Origin: a virus
Lineage: Duplodnaviria; Caudoviricetes
Length of the DNA: 60,101 bases
Strand: one strand, 5' to 3'
IMG/VR virus record: IMGVR_UViG_3300044970_000208
Span: 1 to 60,101 of that record
Shown: positions 32,366 to 42,883 of the stretch, piece after piece
Layout: each line of letters starts with the position of its first letter
How positions within the stretch are numbered: the first letter of the stretch is position 1
The notes under the pieces: generated by a model
Told to the model about the DNA's origin: nothing
Seen by the model: the letters and a program-made list of their open reading frames with translations, nothing else
The model's database searches: none
Position numbers and translations under genes: made by a program

Positions 32366-33712
32366 TTATTCCCAAGAATTTGTATTAGGGTTCCATTTGA
32401 GTGCAGGCTTAGCGGCAACGGGTGGTGCAGCAGGCTTAGCAACAGGTGCGGTCCCACCACGAGGTGTTGCAATCGGAGCAGGTGCAGCAGCGGGTGTTGG
32501 TGTTGGTGTACCACCTCTACCAACTATTTCAGGCACAACAGGTTTAATTGCTTTACCAGCGTCATCGAACCTGATGCCAGCAGACATCATAGCGTTCTTA
32601 TGCATCTCGGAGCGAGGCGTTCCATCAGGCTTTGTCATCTCTTTAATGATGGCGTTAGCAGCAATGGCATCACCTCTGCGGAACAAATCACCTTGTGACA
32701 AGTCACGCAATGTCATTGTCACATTACCCTGTGCATCGGTGTTAGTGATGAGTTGACCCGGTGGAAGCTGTTGTTCAATTGTTGTGGCCCTTGTGCGAGT
32801 TGCAACCTGAATCAAGTTGGACTGTGAAATCTTATCAGCATCTGTCTTACCTTCAGAACCCGGTGCTTTCATCAAAGCTTGACGTTGACGCAACAAAGTT
32901 GTTGCTGTTGCAGCACCTTGCTTATCGCCAGCGGCTTGCTTCTGTTGAATCTCTGTAACCAAGTCAGATTGAATCTGTGATTCTGTTTTCTTTTCAACCT
33001 TACCAATTTCCTCAATGGTGTTGATACGGGCAAGTCTTTCGCTGGCAACGTTAACAGCTTTCGGGTCATTAGATTCTTTAGCATTTAGTAATTCAACTTG
33101 TGCTTGATCTTTAAGTTCTTTGAATCCTTTAGGTTCTTGCAACACACCCATGTCAAACGTAGCGCTACCAGTTGGTCGTGCAATTTTCTCGCTAGAGCGC
33201 AATTGCTCCAATGTCATACCCATACCACGGGCATACTTCTCCATATCCGTTTCCATCCGTTTCTTACCGATACCACGGAACAATGCACCAATAGGACTAC
33301 CAGTAGCTTCAGCGGGTTCAAGAGAAGCCTTAACCTTCTCTACGATTTCGGGCAAGATTGCGGCACGTTCAGCACCAAGCGCCTTAGATTCATTTCCCTT
33401 GATGACACGAATGTAGTTGTTTAAATCAACAGACGAAGGATTCTTTGTTTTCTTAATAGCTTCAAGCGCTACAGGATTGGCAAGCAACTCATTGACCTGT
33501 TCAGGTGTAGCGTTCTTCCACATTGTTTCAATGTATTGCTTCTCAACATTCATTTTGTTTGTAAGCTCACGATTGGCTTCAGCGTTTTCTTCATAACGCT
33601 TATACAAACCATTGAAGCTGGCTTTCGCCATCTGCTTAGCATCTTCTTCGGCCTGTTCAGCGCTGGTGACAAACTGTTTAGCAGCACCGCCAAAAAACGA
33701 CAATAAACTCAT
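32366..33712 (-). CDS. Putative internal virion protein, 448 aa
   Basis: Helical, Gly-rich N-terminus, position. Confidence 0.7.
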   Translation of the reverse strand: MSLLSFFGGAAKQFVTSAEQAEEDAKQMAKASFNGLYKRYEENAEANRELTNKMNVEKQYIETMWKNATPEQVNELLANPVALEAIKKTKNPSSVDLNNYIRVIKGNESKALGAERAAILPEIVEKVKASLEPAEATGSPIGALFRGIGKKRMETDMEKYARGMGMTLEQLRSSEKIARPTGSATFDMGVLQEPKGFKELKDQAQVELLNAKESNDPKAVNVASERLARINTIEEIGKVEKKTESQIQSDLVTEIQQKQAAGDKQGAATATTLLRQRQALMKAPGSEGKTDADKISQSNLIQVATRTRATTIEQQLPPGQLITNTDAQGNVTMTLRDLSQGDLFRRGDAIAANAIIKEMTKPDGTPRSEMHKNAMMSAGIRFDDAGKAIKPVVPEIVGRGGTPTPTPAAAPAPIATPRGGTAPVAKPAAPPVAAKPALKWNPNTNSWE

Positions 33713-34212
33713 TACATCACCTCTTTATTCTTACGCGCCATCAACCCTTTAGGCTGTGCCTCTTCCATCACAGGCTCAGCAGACTCAACAGGTTCTGACA
33801 CTTTCTTGGCAAACTCACGCAACACTCGTGGATGTACTGTTGTACCCTTCACCAAGTCTTCAGTGAACTTCACAGTCTTGATGTTGTTGAAGTCAGCAAT
33901 AGATTGCAACACTTCAATGATGACAGGCATAACCAAAATGCCAGCATCCAATGTGTGTCTACCTTTATGAACACCAGTGAGCATGAATGTCTCAGCAATG
34001 GTAGCCAAAGGAATCTCAGACTCCAACGCATCTAATATGTCATTAGCAGCTTCAGCTTGCCCAAGTGCATTGATGTAACTCTTAGCAACAGAAGAAACAT
34101 CTACAACTTTAGGTGCGTTCATCCAAGGACGACCCTTCGATGGAGCCGTCCAAGAGATGCCGGGTGGTGCGATGGAAATTACATCACCAACTTTGCTTTC
34201 ATTTTCGAGCAT
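33712..34212 (-). CDS. Conserved hypothetical virion-module protein
   Basis: PGISWT...PW..AP motif. Confidence 0.75.
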   Translation of the reverse strand: MLENESKVGDVISIAPPGISWTAPSKGRPWMNAPKVVDVSSVAKSYINALGQAEAANDILDALESEIPLATIAETFMLTGVHKGRHTLDAGILVMPVIIEVLQSIADFNNIKTVKFTEDLVKGTTVHPRVLREFAKKVSEPVESAEPVMEEAQPKGLMARKNKEVM

Positions 34213-34414
34213 TTAAAATTTCCTCTTTAGCTTCACGAATACCTTGAACAATATCGGCAATAGTCTGAAGTTGATCACGCTCTTTAGCAGCAGCGCCACC
34301 TTCACCAGTCGGTGACAACAAACCTTTACGAGACTTTTTAGGTTTGCTTTGTCGTTGACGTGAAGCAATGATAGCTTCGATTTTGTCGTAATAGGTTTTG
34401 ATGTGTTGTTGCAT
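34199..34414 (-). CDS. Hypothetical protein (MQQHIKTYY...)
   Basis: Fills the gap. Confidence 0.65.
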   Translation of the reverse strand: MQQHIKTYYDKIEAIIASRQRQSKPKKSRKGLLSPTGEGGAAAKERDQLQTIADIVQGIREAKEEILNARK

Positions 34415-34415
34415 A

Positions 34416-36830
34416 TTAGTTCTCGTCGTCGTCAAACAAACCTACCAATGCACCCCAGACGTTGTCATTCTCCAGAAGCTTCAGTGCAGCAGCACCGAGA
34501 TTACCAGAAGCATTAGCAGAGGCTGTGGTCTTAGCGGCTTCAACACTAGAATTAGAAGTCAAAGTGGCTTTAGCAATTTCCGTCACCCTGTCCTTCTCAC
34601 TCTCACCAGTCTTCCAAGACATCTCTAACAAGTCTCGATAGGTCTGTGATACCTGAGCATAATTAGCAGCGGAAAGGTCTGTATAGTTTTTAGCATTAAC
34701 AGCATTAGCTGCGTTGATGGCAGCAGTGTTAGCAGTAGAAACATCAGCCAAGATTTTAGCATTGGCAACGTTAATCTGCGTAGTCATGTTAGCGTTAAAC
34801 TCTTGACGTTGATTAGCCGCCTGAGCATTGAACTTGGCAATCTCGTTACCCGCTGCCATGTTAGCGACAGAGATTTTGTTAGCTTCAGTGGCATTAAACT
34901 GATTAGCCGTAAGAGCCAGTGTAGCATTAACCTTTTCAACATCAATTGCATTTGTTGCATTTGTCAGCGAAGCAGCATTAGCAGCAGCAGCATCGGACAA
35001 AATGGATTGTGAAATTTGTTGACTCTTCACTACAGCCATTTGTTGCTGGTTGTCCAAGTTCTTCAAATCTGTAGCCAAGAAAGCCTGAGCATTCAACACA
35101 GCAGCCTGTTGACGATTGTTCAGATTGGTCATGTCCATCGAAGCAATGGTAGCTGCGTTGGCAATAGTTGTTTGCTGAGCAGCACTCAAGTTCGCAATAC
35201 CAATGTCCTTCATCAACTGTGAGTTATTCAGTGCGGCAGTTTGTGCAGCAGTGAATGTGGTGTTGAGGTTGTCCGAAATACGTGCAGCATTCAAGACAGC
35301 AGCTTGTTGCTTATTGTCCAATATCTTACCCTGACGAGCAGCTTCAATCTGAGCATTAGCCAAAGCCGCTTGCTGACGATTGGAAGCGTTGCTAATATCA
35401 ACTTGCACCTGCATAGAACTATTATGCAAAGCAGCTTGTTGTAAGTTATTCAGATTGATGTTTGCCATCTCAGCATAACGAGCAGCATTAACTACAGCAG
35501 CTTGTTGTTGGTTAGACAAATTCTGTCCCTGCAACGCAGCCCTAATCTGTGTATTAGCAAGCATTGTTTGTTGCATGTTAGACAGATTCTGGCTTTGAAG
35601 AGAAAACGAATTGGTAGCGTTAGTCAAACGAGCTTGTTGTTCGTTAGACAGATTTTGAAGTTGCAAACCCTGTTGAGCAGCAGCATTAGCCAATGACACC
35701 TGCTGACGGTTATTCAGATTCTGCATACCCATTTGCTGGAACACTTGAGCGTCCTGTGCAGCAATAGGTAAAGCGCTTTCCATAGCGGCTTGGAAGATGG
35801 CAGTAGCAGCCATAGAACTACCACCCAAACCACGAGAGGCCATAGCAGCATTAGCAGCGCGAATAGCACCAGCAGCCCAAGCAGGAGTAGCACCATCGTT
35901 GAAGCTCTTCATCAACTCTGTAAGCTGTCCTTGTACAGTGGATTGTGCATCAACATTACCCTGTGCAGCAGCAGCAAGAGTGCCGTCATCAACAGTGAAC
36001 TTATCAAGACGAGCAGCAACAACTGTAGCATCAGGTGCCAATCCTTCAGCAGTAATGGCTGTAGCCTGTGCCATATCTGCTTCAGCAATCTGTGCAGGTT
36101 TGACAAGTTCTTCAGCTTTCACAACACCTTGTGCTGCCTGTACAGCAGTAGGAGCAGCAGCTTGAGCAGCCTGTGCTGTTACAACAGGCATATCTGTTTG
36201 AGCAGTGACAAGTTCACCAGCCTCTGTAGTTCTAGTGCCAGCAACTACGGGAGCTACAAATTGACTACCTACTTGTTGTTGAGTAGCTAATGCTCCTTGA
36301 GAGACAGTGCCTTGTTGTGCAGTTACCTGTGCTTGTGGTGCAACAGTTCCTGTAGCAGCTTGTTGACCAGCTTGAGCAGCTTGGAGTTCTGCTGTAGTAT
36401 CTGTAGTTGTTGCGGTTGTTGTCTTGACAGGTGTGGGTGCAGCTACTTGGGTTGTAGTAGCCGCTGGTGCAGCAGCAGCCTGTGTAGCAGCACCAGCAGT
36501 TCCGGCTTGTGCAGTCATGCCGGGAGTAATATCGGTAGTGGCGGCTGTTACAACTGGTGCTGATGCGATGGTCGGAGTAACATTGGTTTCTGTTGTACCA
36601 CCAGCGAGTGCTGCAATTGGTGTAGTAGTAGTAACAACACCACCAGCTTGATAGTTCTTTACAAGCCCACCCTTCGCCATACGTGTAGCGAACTTGTCAG
36701 TGATAGCAGCATACTTCATACCCAATGCTGGTGAGCTATTGAGGAAGTCATCGAAGCCCTGCATAGGACCATCATAACCAAGCTTACGGGCTACGATTTC
36801 CTTTTGTTTTGCTGTAAAGTTTTCAGCCAT
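34416..36830 (-). CDS. Putative ejection/DNA-pilot protein, 804 aa, with A/Q/N-rich 22-residue repeats
   Basis: NLxNxQQ repeats, composition, position. Confidence 0.75.
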   Translation of the reverse strand: MAENFTAKQKEIVARKLGYDGPMQGFDDFLNSSPALGMKYAAITDKFATRMAKGGLVKNYQAGGVVTTTTPIAALAGGTTETNVTPTIASAPVVTAATTDITPGMTAQAGTAGAATQAAAAPAATTTQVAAPTPVKTTTATTTDTTAELQAAQAGQQAATGTVAPQAQVTAQQGTVSQGALATQQQVGSQFVAPVVAGTRTTEAGELVTAQTDMPVVTAQAAQAAAPTAVQAAQGVVKAEELVKPAQIAEADMAQATAITAEGLAPDATVVAARLDKFTVDDGTLAAAAQGNVDAQSTVQGQLTELMKSFNDGATPAWAAGAIRAANAAMASRGLGGSSMAATAIFQAAMESALPIAAQDAQVFQQMGMQNLNNRQQVSLANAAAQQGLQLQNLSNEQQARLTNATNSFSLQSQNLSNMQQTMLANTQIRAALQGQNLSNQQQAAVVNAARYAEMANINLNNLQQAALHNSSMQVQVDISNASNRQQAALANAQIEAARQGKILDNKQQAAVLNAARISDNLNTTFTAAQTAALNNSQLMKDIGIANLSAAQQTTIANAATIASMDMTNLNNRQQAAVLNAQAFLATDLKNLDNQQQMAVVKSQQISQSILSDAAAANAASLTNATNAIDVEKVNATLALTANQFNATEANKISVANMAAGNEIAKFNAQAANQRQEFNANMTTQINVANAKILADVSTANTAAINAANAVNAKNYTDLSAANYAQVSQTYRDLLEMSWKTGESEKDRVTEIAKATLTSNSSVEAAKTTASANASGNLGAAALKLLENDNVWGALVGLFDDDEN

Positions 36831-36841
36831 GTTGTTTCCTA

Positions 36842-37306
36842 TTAAGCTACTAGACCGGGCAAATACACAGTTTTACCATCTCTCTTAACTGCTGTCATCA
36901 CTTGCTTCTTAAGATTGGTAGGATCATACGATACATGTACCCAACCACTGTCAGGCACACCGGGTGTATAAAACTCAAGTATCAACTGTGTGAATTGTAA
37001 CCGTTCTTTAATGTACTCAGCAAGCTCTGCGTTAGCAACACCGGGTATCTCAATGTCAGCAGCTTGTCCTTTGCAATGATCGCTGGTCTTGCTGCCACCA
37101 ATTGAAGCATTCACTTCCGGGCTTCGATAGCCGCTATTAACTTTGACACCTTTAGCGTAATGGTCACGTATAGGTTGCAACACATTAACAACCAGTAGTT
37201 GTAAAGCTGAGATGATTTCTTGAGTAGGTTCATTGTTGAGTCCTCTGCGTAATGCTGTTTCACTCTGTGTCAATTCGTTCAAGCTGAAGTTGGGTGACAG
37301 TTTCAT
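36842..37306 (-). CDS. Endolysin, peptidase M15A family
   Basis: SGYRS, SDHCKGQAAD, WVHVS. Confidence 0.92.
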   Translation of the reverse strand: MKLSPNFSLNELTQSETALRRGLNNEPTQEIISALQLLVVNVLQPIRDHYAKGVKVNSGYRSPEVNASIGGSKTSDHCKGQAADIEIPGVANAELAEYIKERLQFTQLILEFYTPGVPDSGWVHVSYDPTNLKKQVMTAVKRDGKTVYLPGLVA

Positions 37307-37713
37307 TTCTTTGCTTTCATATCCATAATCTTCTCAAGAGTACGACCACCAAAATAGAACGACATAATCAACATACCCCACTGACCCAGTAGTTCAACAT
37401 AAGCTTGGTTGGTGTTATAGTCGAATGCGCTCATCATTGCAAAGGTTGAATATGCCAGCAAGATGAAAATGAGTGTCATAGGTCTGATGTTCTTGGACAA
37501 CCAAGAGTCACTACCCATGTCGGCCTTAAGACGATCAGTCAAGTTGTTCTGCTCAGTCTTATACAGATCGGTTTCATTAGCCATTTTAGCCAACTCACCG
37601 TCCTGTGCCATCTTCGCTAAGTCAAGCTGAGCCTTTGCTTTAGCTTCAGGGTCGGGAATAAGCTTGTCAATAAGTTTACCACCTACCTCAAGTAATGCTG
37701 TTAATGGAAACAT
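37303..37713 (-). CDS. Holin (GTA 3TM-like)
   Basis: SWLSKNIRP, hydrophobic helices, FYFGGR; adjacent to the endolysin. Confidence 0.75.
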   Translation of the reverse strand: MFPLTALLEVGGKLIDKLIPDPEAKAKAQLDLAKMAQDGELAKMANETDLYKTEQNNLTDRLKADMGSDSWLSKNIRPMTLIFILLAYSTFAMMSAFDYNTNQAYVELLGQWGMLIMSFYFGGRTLEKIMDMKAKK

Positions 37714-37714
37714 A

Positions 37715-38335
37715 TCAGTTACCTCTCTTTGTCAACATAGCGCTGGCAATCTCCAGCATGAATTTTGTTTGTTCAATATTCTGTGGAGGCTCTGCCCAAC
37801 CTACAGTGATTTGACCTACAAACTTATAGCTATCTGGAGGGACGCTGACTCGACAAGTATAGGTCACACCCTTCTCCAAATACCACAGACCCACTTCAGA
37901 CTGTGCGTAGCGATAATCACCACAAGGTATTTCATTGGTCATCAACTTAACCACATCAGAGTTGTTAGATGCGTTTTGGCTAAACAGACCAACATCAATA
38001 TCTTCAATCGTTTTGTCCCTACCTTCTTTGGTGTATGCTCTGTACAGCGTTCTACTATTGAACAATGGATTGACTTTAAAAATTGCTACCACCGTAGCAC
38101 CTGTCTTATTCAACAACATTGAACTTGCATCATCTACTCTTGAAACATTTATCTCTGGTAGCTTCTTAGATTCTTTGTAGGCATCCCGCATAAACTCTTG
38201 GTTCTGCCAAAGAAAGTATCCTACAAACGCCACAATACCCATCACAAGAATTGCAAACAACTTAAAAGGTGAGTCTACATAACCAAGAACTTTGTCCAAG
38301 GTTGTATTGGTGTTTGGCTTTTCGTCACTCATCAC
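37715..38335 (-). CDS. Membrane-anchored protein of the lysis region
   Basis: N-terminal TM helix plus soluble domain. Confidence 0.7.
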   Translation of the reverse strand: MMSDEKPNTNTTLDKVLGYVDSPFKLFAILVMGIVAFVGYFLWQNQEFMRDAYKESKKLPEINVSRVDDASSMLLNKTGATVVAIFKVNPLFNSRTLYRAYTKEGRDKTIEDIDVGLFSQNASNNSDVVKLMTNEIPCGDYRYAQSEVGLWYLEKGVTYTCRVSVPPDSYKFVGQITVGWAEPPQNIEQTKFMLEIASAMLTKRGN

Positions 38336-38775
38336 AAATGCTTCATGTAAAGTACAATGCCACCAACTAGCAGCCCTGCCAAGATAATGACAGCCACACC
38401 AATAGCAATGTATTCGGCTATGTCTTCAAGCTGTTGTTTACGCCTTAGTGCTTCACGAGCAGCAGCTTCTTTAGCTTCTCTTCGTTGCCTTGCTGCTTGG
38501 GCTTGGAACTTCAACCAGTCATTCCACATACCCGGTCTACCAGCATACACCATGCGCTCACGCAGTTCTTCTTCCTGTTGACGAAGCTGATCCAGCGCCA
38601 TGAATTCTTCAAGGTCTGAACCTCCACCTTTCTTGGTAGCGTTCTCCTGAAGCTTGGCCTTATTGTCAAAGTAGTCAAAGACCCGAGAGCCAAGCGCAGA
38701 CAACTCTTTACCATTGGCTAAAGCACCTTTGATTACAGCAAAGGCTGCATTGGCTGCTGCAATTTCGGCAATCAT
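38332..38775 (-). CDS. Coiled-coil protein with C-terminal TM helix
   Basis: Composition, coupling. Confidence 0.75.
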   Translation of the reverse strand: MIAEIAAANAAFAVIKGALANGKELSALGSRVFDYFDNKAKLQENATKKGGGSDLEEFMALDQLRQQEEELRERMVYAGRPGMWNDWLKFQAQAARQRREAKEAAAREALRRKQQLEDIAEYIAIGVAVIILAGLLVGGIVLYMKHL

Positions 38776-38996
38776 CTATGGTTCCACCAAGTGATGACAC
38801 CCGCAACAATACCGACAATAAAGATGATTGGTTTAGCAGCCTTGGCAATCCATTCCAAAACAAGGAAGGCACCGGAGGCTGCTTCAAAGGCTTTGACAAC
38901 ACCATCGGTATTCTTGTCAATCCTATCTACTTTGGCTTCGACAGCAATGAGGCGATCATATATCTCTCGATGTGAGACTTCCACAGCGTCAGACAT
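38772..38996 (-). CDS. Small membrane protein
   Basis: Coiled coil plus C-terminal TM helix. Confidence 0.7.
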   Translation of the reverse strand: MSDAVEVSHREIYDRLIAVEAKVDRIDKNTDGVVKAFEAASGAFLVLEWIAKAAKPIIFIVGIVAGVITWWNHR

Positions 38997-39006
38997 GTGT
39001 TACCTT

Positions 39007-39309
39007 TCAAGCAGCCCAAGGCGTGCCAGTGGCTGTCACAGGGTTCTTCTGCAACTCAATGTTTTGAGCCAGAGCAGCTTCGGTGGCGTCTTTGTCCACA
39101 CCGCTGTCCCAACACCATTGAAGCACCTCTGCCTCTGTAACGTCTGCGTAGGGCACGGAAGAAGTGCCATCGGCCCACGAGCAGGTCGAATAGGCGGAGG
39201 CCGAGTAGTCTCCATCCACGGCGGTGCAAGTCCAGTGCGCTGTGGTGATGAAGCCGTTGGAGACTTCGTAGTCGGTTTGGGTGATTGCCCAGTTGTATGC
39301 GATGGTCAT
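39007..39309 (-). CDS. Tail-fibre-associated small protein
   Basis: PYADVTEAEVLQW...PW motif; follows the fibre gene. Confidence 0.7.
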   Translation of the reverse strand: MTIAYNWAITQTDYEVSNGFITTAHWTCTAVDGDYSASAYSTCSWADGTSSVPYADVTEAEVLQWCWDSGVDKDATEAALAQNIELQKNPVTATGTPWAA

Positions 39310-39327
39310 GGTGAGTCCTTTTGGGGG

Positions 39328-40872
39328 TTAAATTGAAGTGATAGTTTCCCATGCCGTTGTGTAAACACAGAGCTTTGCAAGGGTTGTGTCATACACCATC
39401 AGGCCAGCAGCAGGAGAGGCAATAGCGTTCTTCTGTGTGGTGGTCATGTTGGGCATCCTCACGCCCTTGGTGGTGCTTTGAGCGTCTAGGATGGCTGATG
39501 CGTTTGGCGAATTCGTCCCAATACCTACGTTGCCGGAGGAGTCGATACGCATGCGCTCTGTGCTGGAGGTTGTATTGGAAAAAGTTAATGCGCCACCGTC
39601 TTCCGAAGTAATGCGGCCTTTTTCGCCACCAGCATTACCCAAAAAAAGAAACGCAGCATTTGTTCCGCTTCCAACCGCGTAAAAAGAACCATACCCAGCA
39701 GACCCTCGGGAGTAGACAATGCAGTTTGTATCAACTACCTCCAGTTTTGAAACCGGGTTACTTACGCCAATACCAACGTTACCGCTGGAGTCGATACGCA
39801 TACGCTCTGAAGCGCCAACACCAAACGAAGTGAAGTTCGCTGCATTTGTATCGTTGTTGTTGATGGCGAGGCCACTACCAATTAGTTTTGCAAAATCAAC
39901 AGTCGTTGTGCCTGAGTTGGCTATGTTTCTGACAATTTGCCTAAAAATTGCGCCGCCGCCCGCTGTTGTATTTACAAAATCAACATAGGTAAACGCAGCT
40001 TGATTTTGTTCGATTTGGAGTTTTGCAGCGGGCGAACTCGTCCCAATACCCAGACCTGTGCTGGTCAGGCGCATACCTTCAACGCCAGCAACCGTTGCTG
40101 CAACATTATCAGCAGCAGGGAAGAAGATACCTGTGTTGGTGTCGCCTGTGGTGGTGATCGCTGGTAATGCCTCTGTGCCAGCCTGAACCGTAGTCACGCC
40201 CGAGGCAGACAGCGTAGTGAATGCGCCTGTGTTGGCCGTTGTAGCGCCCACAGTGCCGTTGATGTTGATGGAGGCAGTACCTGTCAGGTTTGTCACTGTT
40301 CCACTGGATGGCGTGCCAAGAGCGCCACCATTCACTACAGGCGCACCAGCGGTGCCAATGTTTACCGCAAGAGCCGTTGCTACACCTGTTCCAAGGCCTG
40401 ATACGCCCGTACTGATGGGTAGCCCTGTGGCGTTGGTCAGGGTTGCACTGGTGGGTGTTCCAAGAATTGGAGTGACCAGCGTGGGAGAGGTAGACAACAC
40501 CATGCTGCCAGTGCCTGTGACAGCATTGCTCAGAGTCACGCCACCATATGTCAATGCGCCACCAAGCGTAGTTGTCCCTGCAATGTTGGCATTACCAGCC
40601 AACCACAGGTCTTTAAACTTCAACGAGCCAGAGCCAATGTCAACAGTATTGGTAGTCTTTGGAGTGACAGCAGTAGCACCAACTACCACGTCCTGTGTCG
40701 GACCCAACACAAGAATGGGAGCGCCTTCACCAGTGGTGCCGTCATGGTTGTGACCAGTGGAGCTATTGAATGCTGCTTGAATACCATCGAACTCATTGTC
40801 GAGGTCTGCGGCGTTGATGATGTTGCCATCAGCAATGTTATTAGTGGTGTCTGTACGGGTATAGCCTGCCAT
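39328..40872 (-). CDS. Tail fibre protein, 514 aa
   Basis: N-terminal DGNIINAADLDNEF..GHNHDG anchor; repeated ERMRIDSSGNVGIG units. Confidence 0.85.
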   Translation of the reverse strand: MAGYTRTDTTNNIADGNIINAADLDNEFDGIQAAFNSSTGHNHDGTTGEGAPILVLGPTQDVVVGATAVTPKTTNTVDIGSGSLKFKDLWLAGNANIAGTTTLGGALTYGGVTLSNAVTGTGSMVLSTSPTLVTPILGTPTSATLTNATGLPISTGVSGLGTGVATALAVNIGTAGAPVVNGGALGTPSSGTVTNLTGTASININGTVGATTANTGAFTTLSASGVTTVQAGTEALPAITTTGDTNTGIFFPAADNVAATVAGVEGMRLTSTGLGIGTSSPAAKLQIEQNQAAFTYVDFVNTTAGGGAIFRQIVRNIANSGTTTVDFAKLIGSGLAINNNDTNAANFTSFGVGASERMRIDSSGNVGIGVSNPVSKLEVVDTNCIVYSRGSAGYGSFYAVGSGTNAAFLFLGNAGGEKGRITSEDGGALTFSNTTSSTERMRIDSSGNVGIGTNSPNASAILDAQSTTKGVRMPNMTTTQKNAIASPAAGLMVYDTTLAKLCVYTTAWETITSI

Positions 40873-40903
40873 ATGTTTTCCTTAGCTAGTTAGTTATAAC
40901 GCA

Positions 40904-42883
40904 TTAGCGTCTGTCATGTGTACTATATTCAATCGTTGCAGCATCAAGAGAGAACGGTGGGTTCTGACTGTCAGAAACAAACTGAATTGAAACACTAAAG
41001 CCTGAGCCAATTAGTTGTGTCTCAAACTGTTTCGTCAGCTTATTACCATAAACTGTAGTACCATACTTAGCGCCACTGTTGCCATAGAAACCTACAGTGC
41101 CTGTCTCGTTTGACAAGTTGATAGTGGCAGGCTGAATAGACCCTGCGTTGTCAAAGTCAAGCTTCAAGTTGACAGAGGTGGTGACGCCCCCTTGCGGGTC
41201 TGTATAGAGCACCATCTTGTAGAACGTCTTACGCACACGAGGATCATTGATGTAAACAAAAGGTGTAGCAAACGAAGCGACAATGTTAGAGCCGTCAAAG
41301 CTATTACCACTCTCCATCTGATAGACAAAGCCATCACTGTGAGCAAACACCAATGTCTCTGTCTGATTGACATAGTCACCATCACAGACATAGGCTTTGA
41401 TACCAACTGTCTCAGCCCACGACATAACACCAGTGTCGTTGCCGACTGTCTGTGTACCCATGATGCCTTTGGCGCTTGATGTAGACACGCTGCTGTTATA
41501 CCCCAACAAACGGTATTGGCTTTTCTGCTTGATGACACAGCTTGCAAAAGACGAGCTAGATGCAATGAGACTTGTCATCTCCTGTTGAATAGGTTTAGAC
41601 ACCACACCCAAGTTGAAGTCGCCAACACGGTCTGTAGCGCTAAGCAGACGCAATCCTTCAGGACCGAGGAAGATGACATCACCACCAATTTCCTCAACAG
41701 TGTCAGAAGCAACACAGCCTACGTTGCGTGTAATTGGTTGCAGCACAAAGTCTTGTAAGGTGTTGCCTGTCAACTGACTGATGGTTTTATCGGTGAAGAT
41801 GATGAGGCTTTCACGAAACACGATGAGTGCAGTGATTGCTCCCCCAACATTGATGACACCAGCACCGTTGGCAGCAGAAAAGTCAGAGTCGGTGTAAGGT
41901 GCAGTGAAGGTGATGGTTTCACCTTTAGCGAAGAACATCTGATTTTTGTGATAGACAACAAACTCAGCACCAACTACATCAGACGGAGCAGAAGATAACA
42001 CTGTGAAGGTTGTACCATTCCATGTGAAAGGGAAACCATAGCCGTCAACACCTATCACCTTTTCTACAGTGGCAATGCGATACTTAGCCACACGCAACTT
42101 ACCACCATTGGCACGACTGACAGACCTCCATGTAATAGCAGCATTGTCGGCTGGACTAGATGCTAAAGCTGGATAGATCGAAATAGAAGCAGCAGTGGAT
42201 GTGACAGTCGGTACAGCCAATACGGTATACACCAAAGTAACACCAGCGATACTGAAGGTGTCACCAATCTGTGGAACGCTAGTCAGGCCGTCAACAGCCA
42301 ATGTTGTTCCTGTCTGACTACCACCATTGACCAACACAGTGCCATATACAGGCTTGTTGATTTTGGTGTAGCCTGAGCCAGTGGTGGAATAGATGTCACC
42401 GTTGCGATAGGCCAGCACAGTGCTGTTCCAAGCAACAACACCCTTGATAAGTCCTGTATGACTGGTAAAGGTGATGGCTGCTTTGTCGGCAGGGCTAGAC
42501 GCTAACGATGTTGTCAGTGTAAGCGTTGCTTGCTTGTATGTGCTGTTGTAGCTAACACCAGCAGTGGCAATTGTGTAGGTGCCTGTAACACCAGCAATGG
42601 TGAATGTGTCGCCAACTACAGGGGCAGCAAACAAGTTAGAGACAAGCAATGTTGTCCCTGTTTGGCTACCACCTTGTACCAACGGCTCACCATAAGCTGG
42701 AACGAAAGAGCTTGAGTATTTATCAAAACCTTCGATGCGGCGATAACCACCGTCCACTGAAGGCTCAAAGTTTCTTAGCAATCGTGCGCTACCGGGCGCT
42801 TGAGTACCGTGCTGTAGAGGTGACAGATTCGACACCAATCCTCCACGAAACTCGAAAGGATATGTCTGCCATTTATCAGCCAT
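40904..42883 (-). CDS. Tail nozzle/stabilisation protein (tail tubular B-like)
   Basis: GGL..NFEPSVDGGYRRI N-terminus, beta-rich, follows the adaptor. Confidence 0.7.
   Translation of the reverse strand: MADKWQTYPFEFRGGLVSNLSPLQHGTQAPGSARLLRNFEPSVDGGYRRIEGFDKYSSSFVPAYGEPLVQGGSQTGTTLLVSNLFAAPVVGDTFTIAGVTGTYTIATAGVSYNSTYKQATLTLTTSLASSPADKAAITFTSHTGLIKGVVAWNSTVLAYRNGDIYSTTGSGYTKINKPVYGTVLVNGGSQTGTTLAVDGLTSVPQIGDTFSIAGVTLVYTVLAVPTVTSTAASISIYPALASSPADNAAITWRSVSRANGGKLRVAKYRIATVEKVIGVDGYGFPFTWNGTTFTVLSSAPSDVVGAEFVVYHKNQMFFAKGETITFTAPYTDSDFSAANGAGVINVGGAITALIVFRESLIIFTDKTISQLTGNTLQDFVLQPITRNVGCVASDTVEEIGGDVIFLGPEGLRLLSATDRVGDFNLGVVSKPIQQEMTSLIASSSSFASCVIKQKSQYRLLGYNSSVSTSSAKGIMGTQTVGNDTGVMSWAETVGIKAYVCDGDYVNQTETLVFAHSDGFVYQMESGNSFDGSNIVASFATPFVYINDPRVRKTFYKMVLYTDPQGGVTTSVNLKLDFDNAGSIQPATINLSNETGTVGFYGNSGAKYGTTVYGNKLTKQFETQLIGSGFSVSIQFVSDSQNPPFSLDAATIEYSTHDRR

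Noticed and set aside
39328-40872. Diversity-generating retroelement acting on the tail fibre
   Set aside because: No reverse transcriptase and no template/variable repeat pair; the repeats are ordinary fibre units
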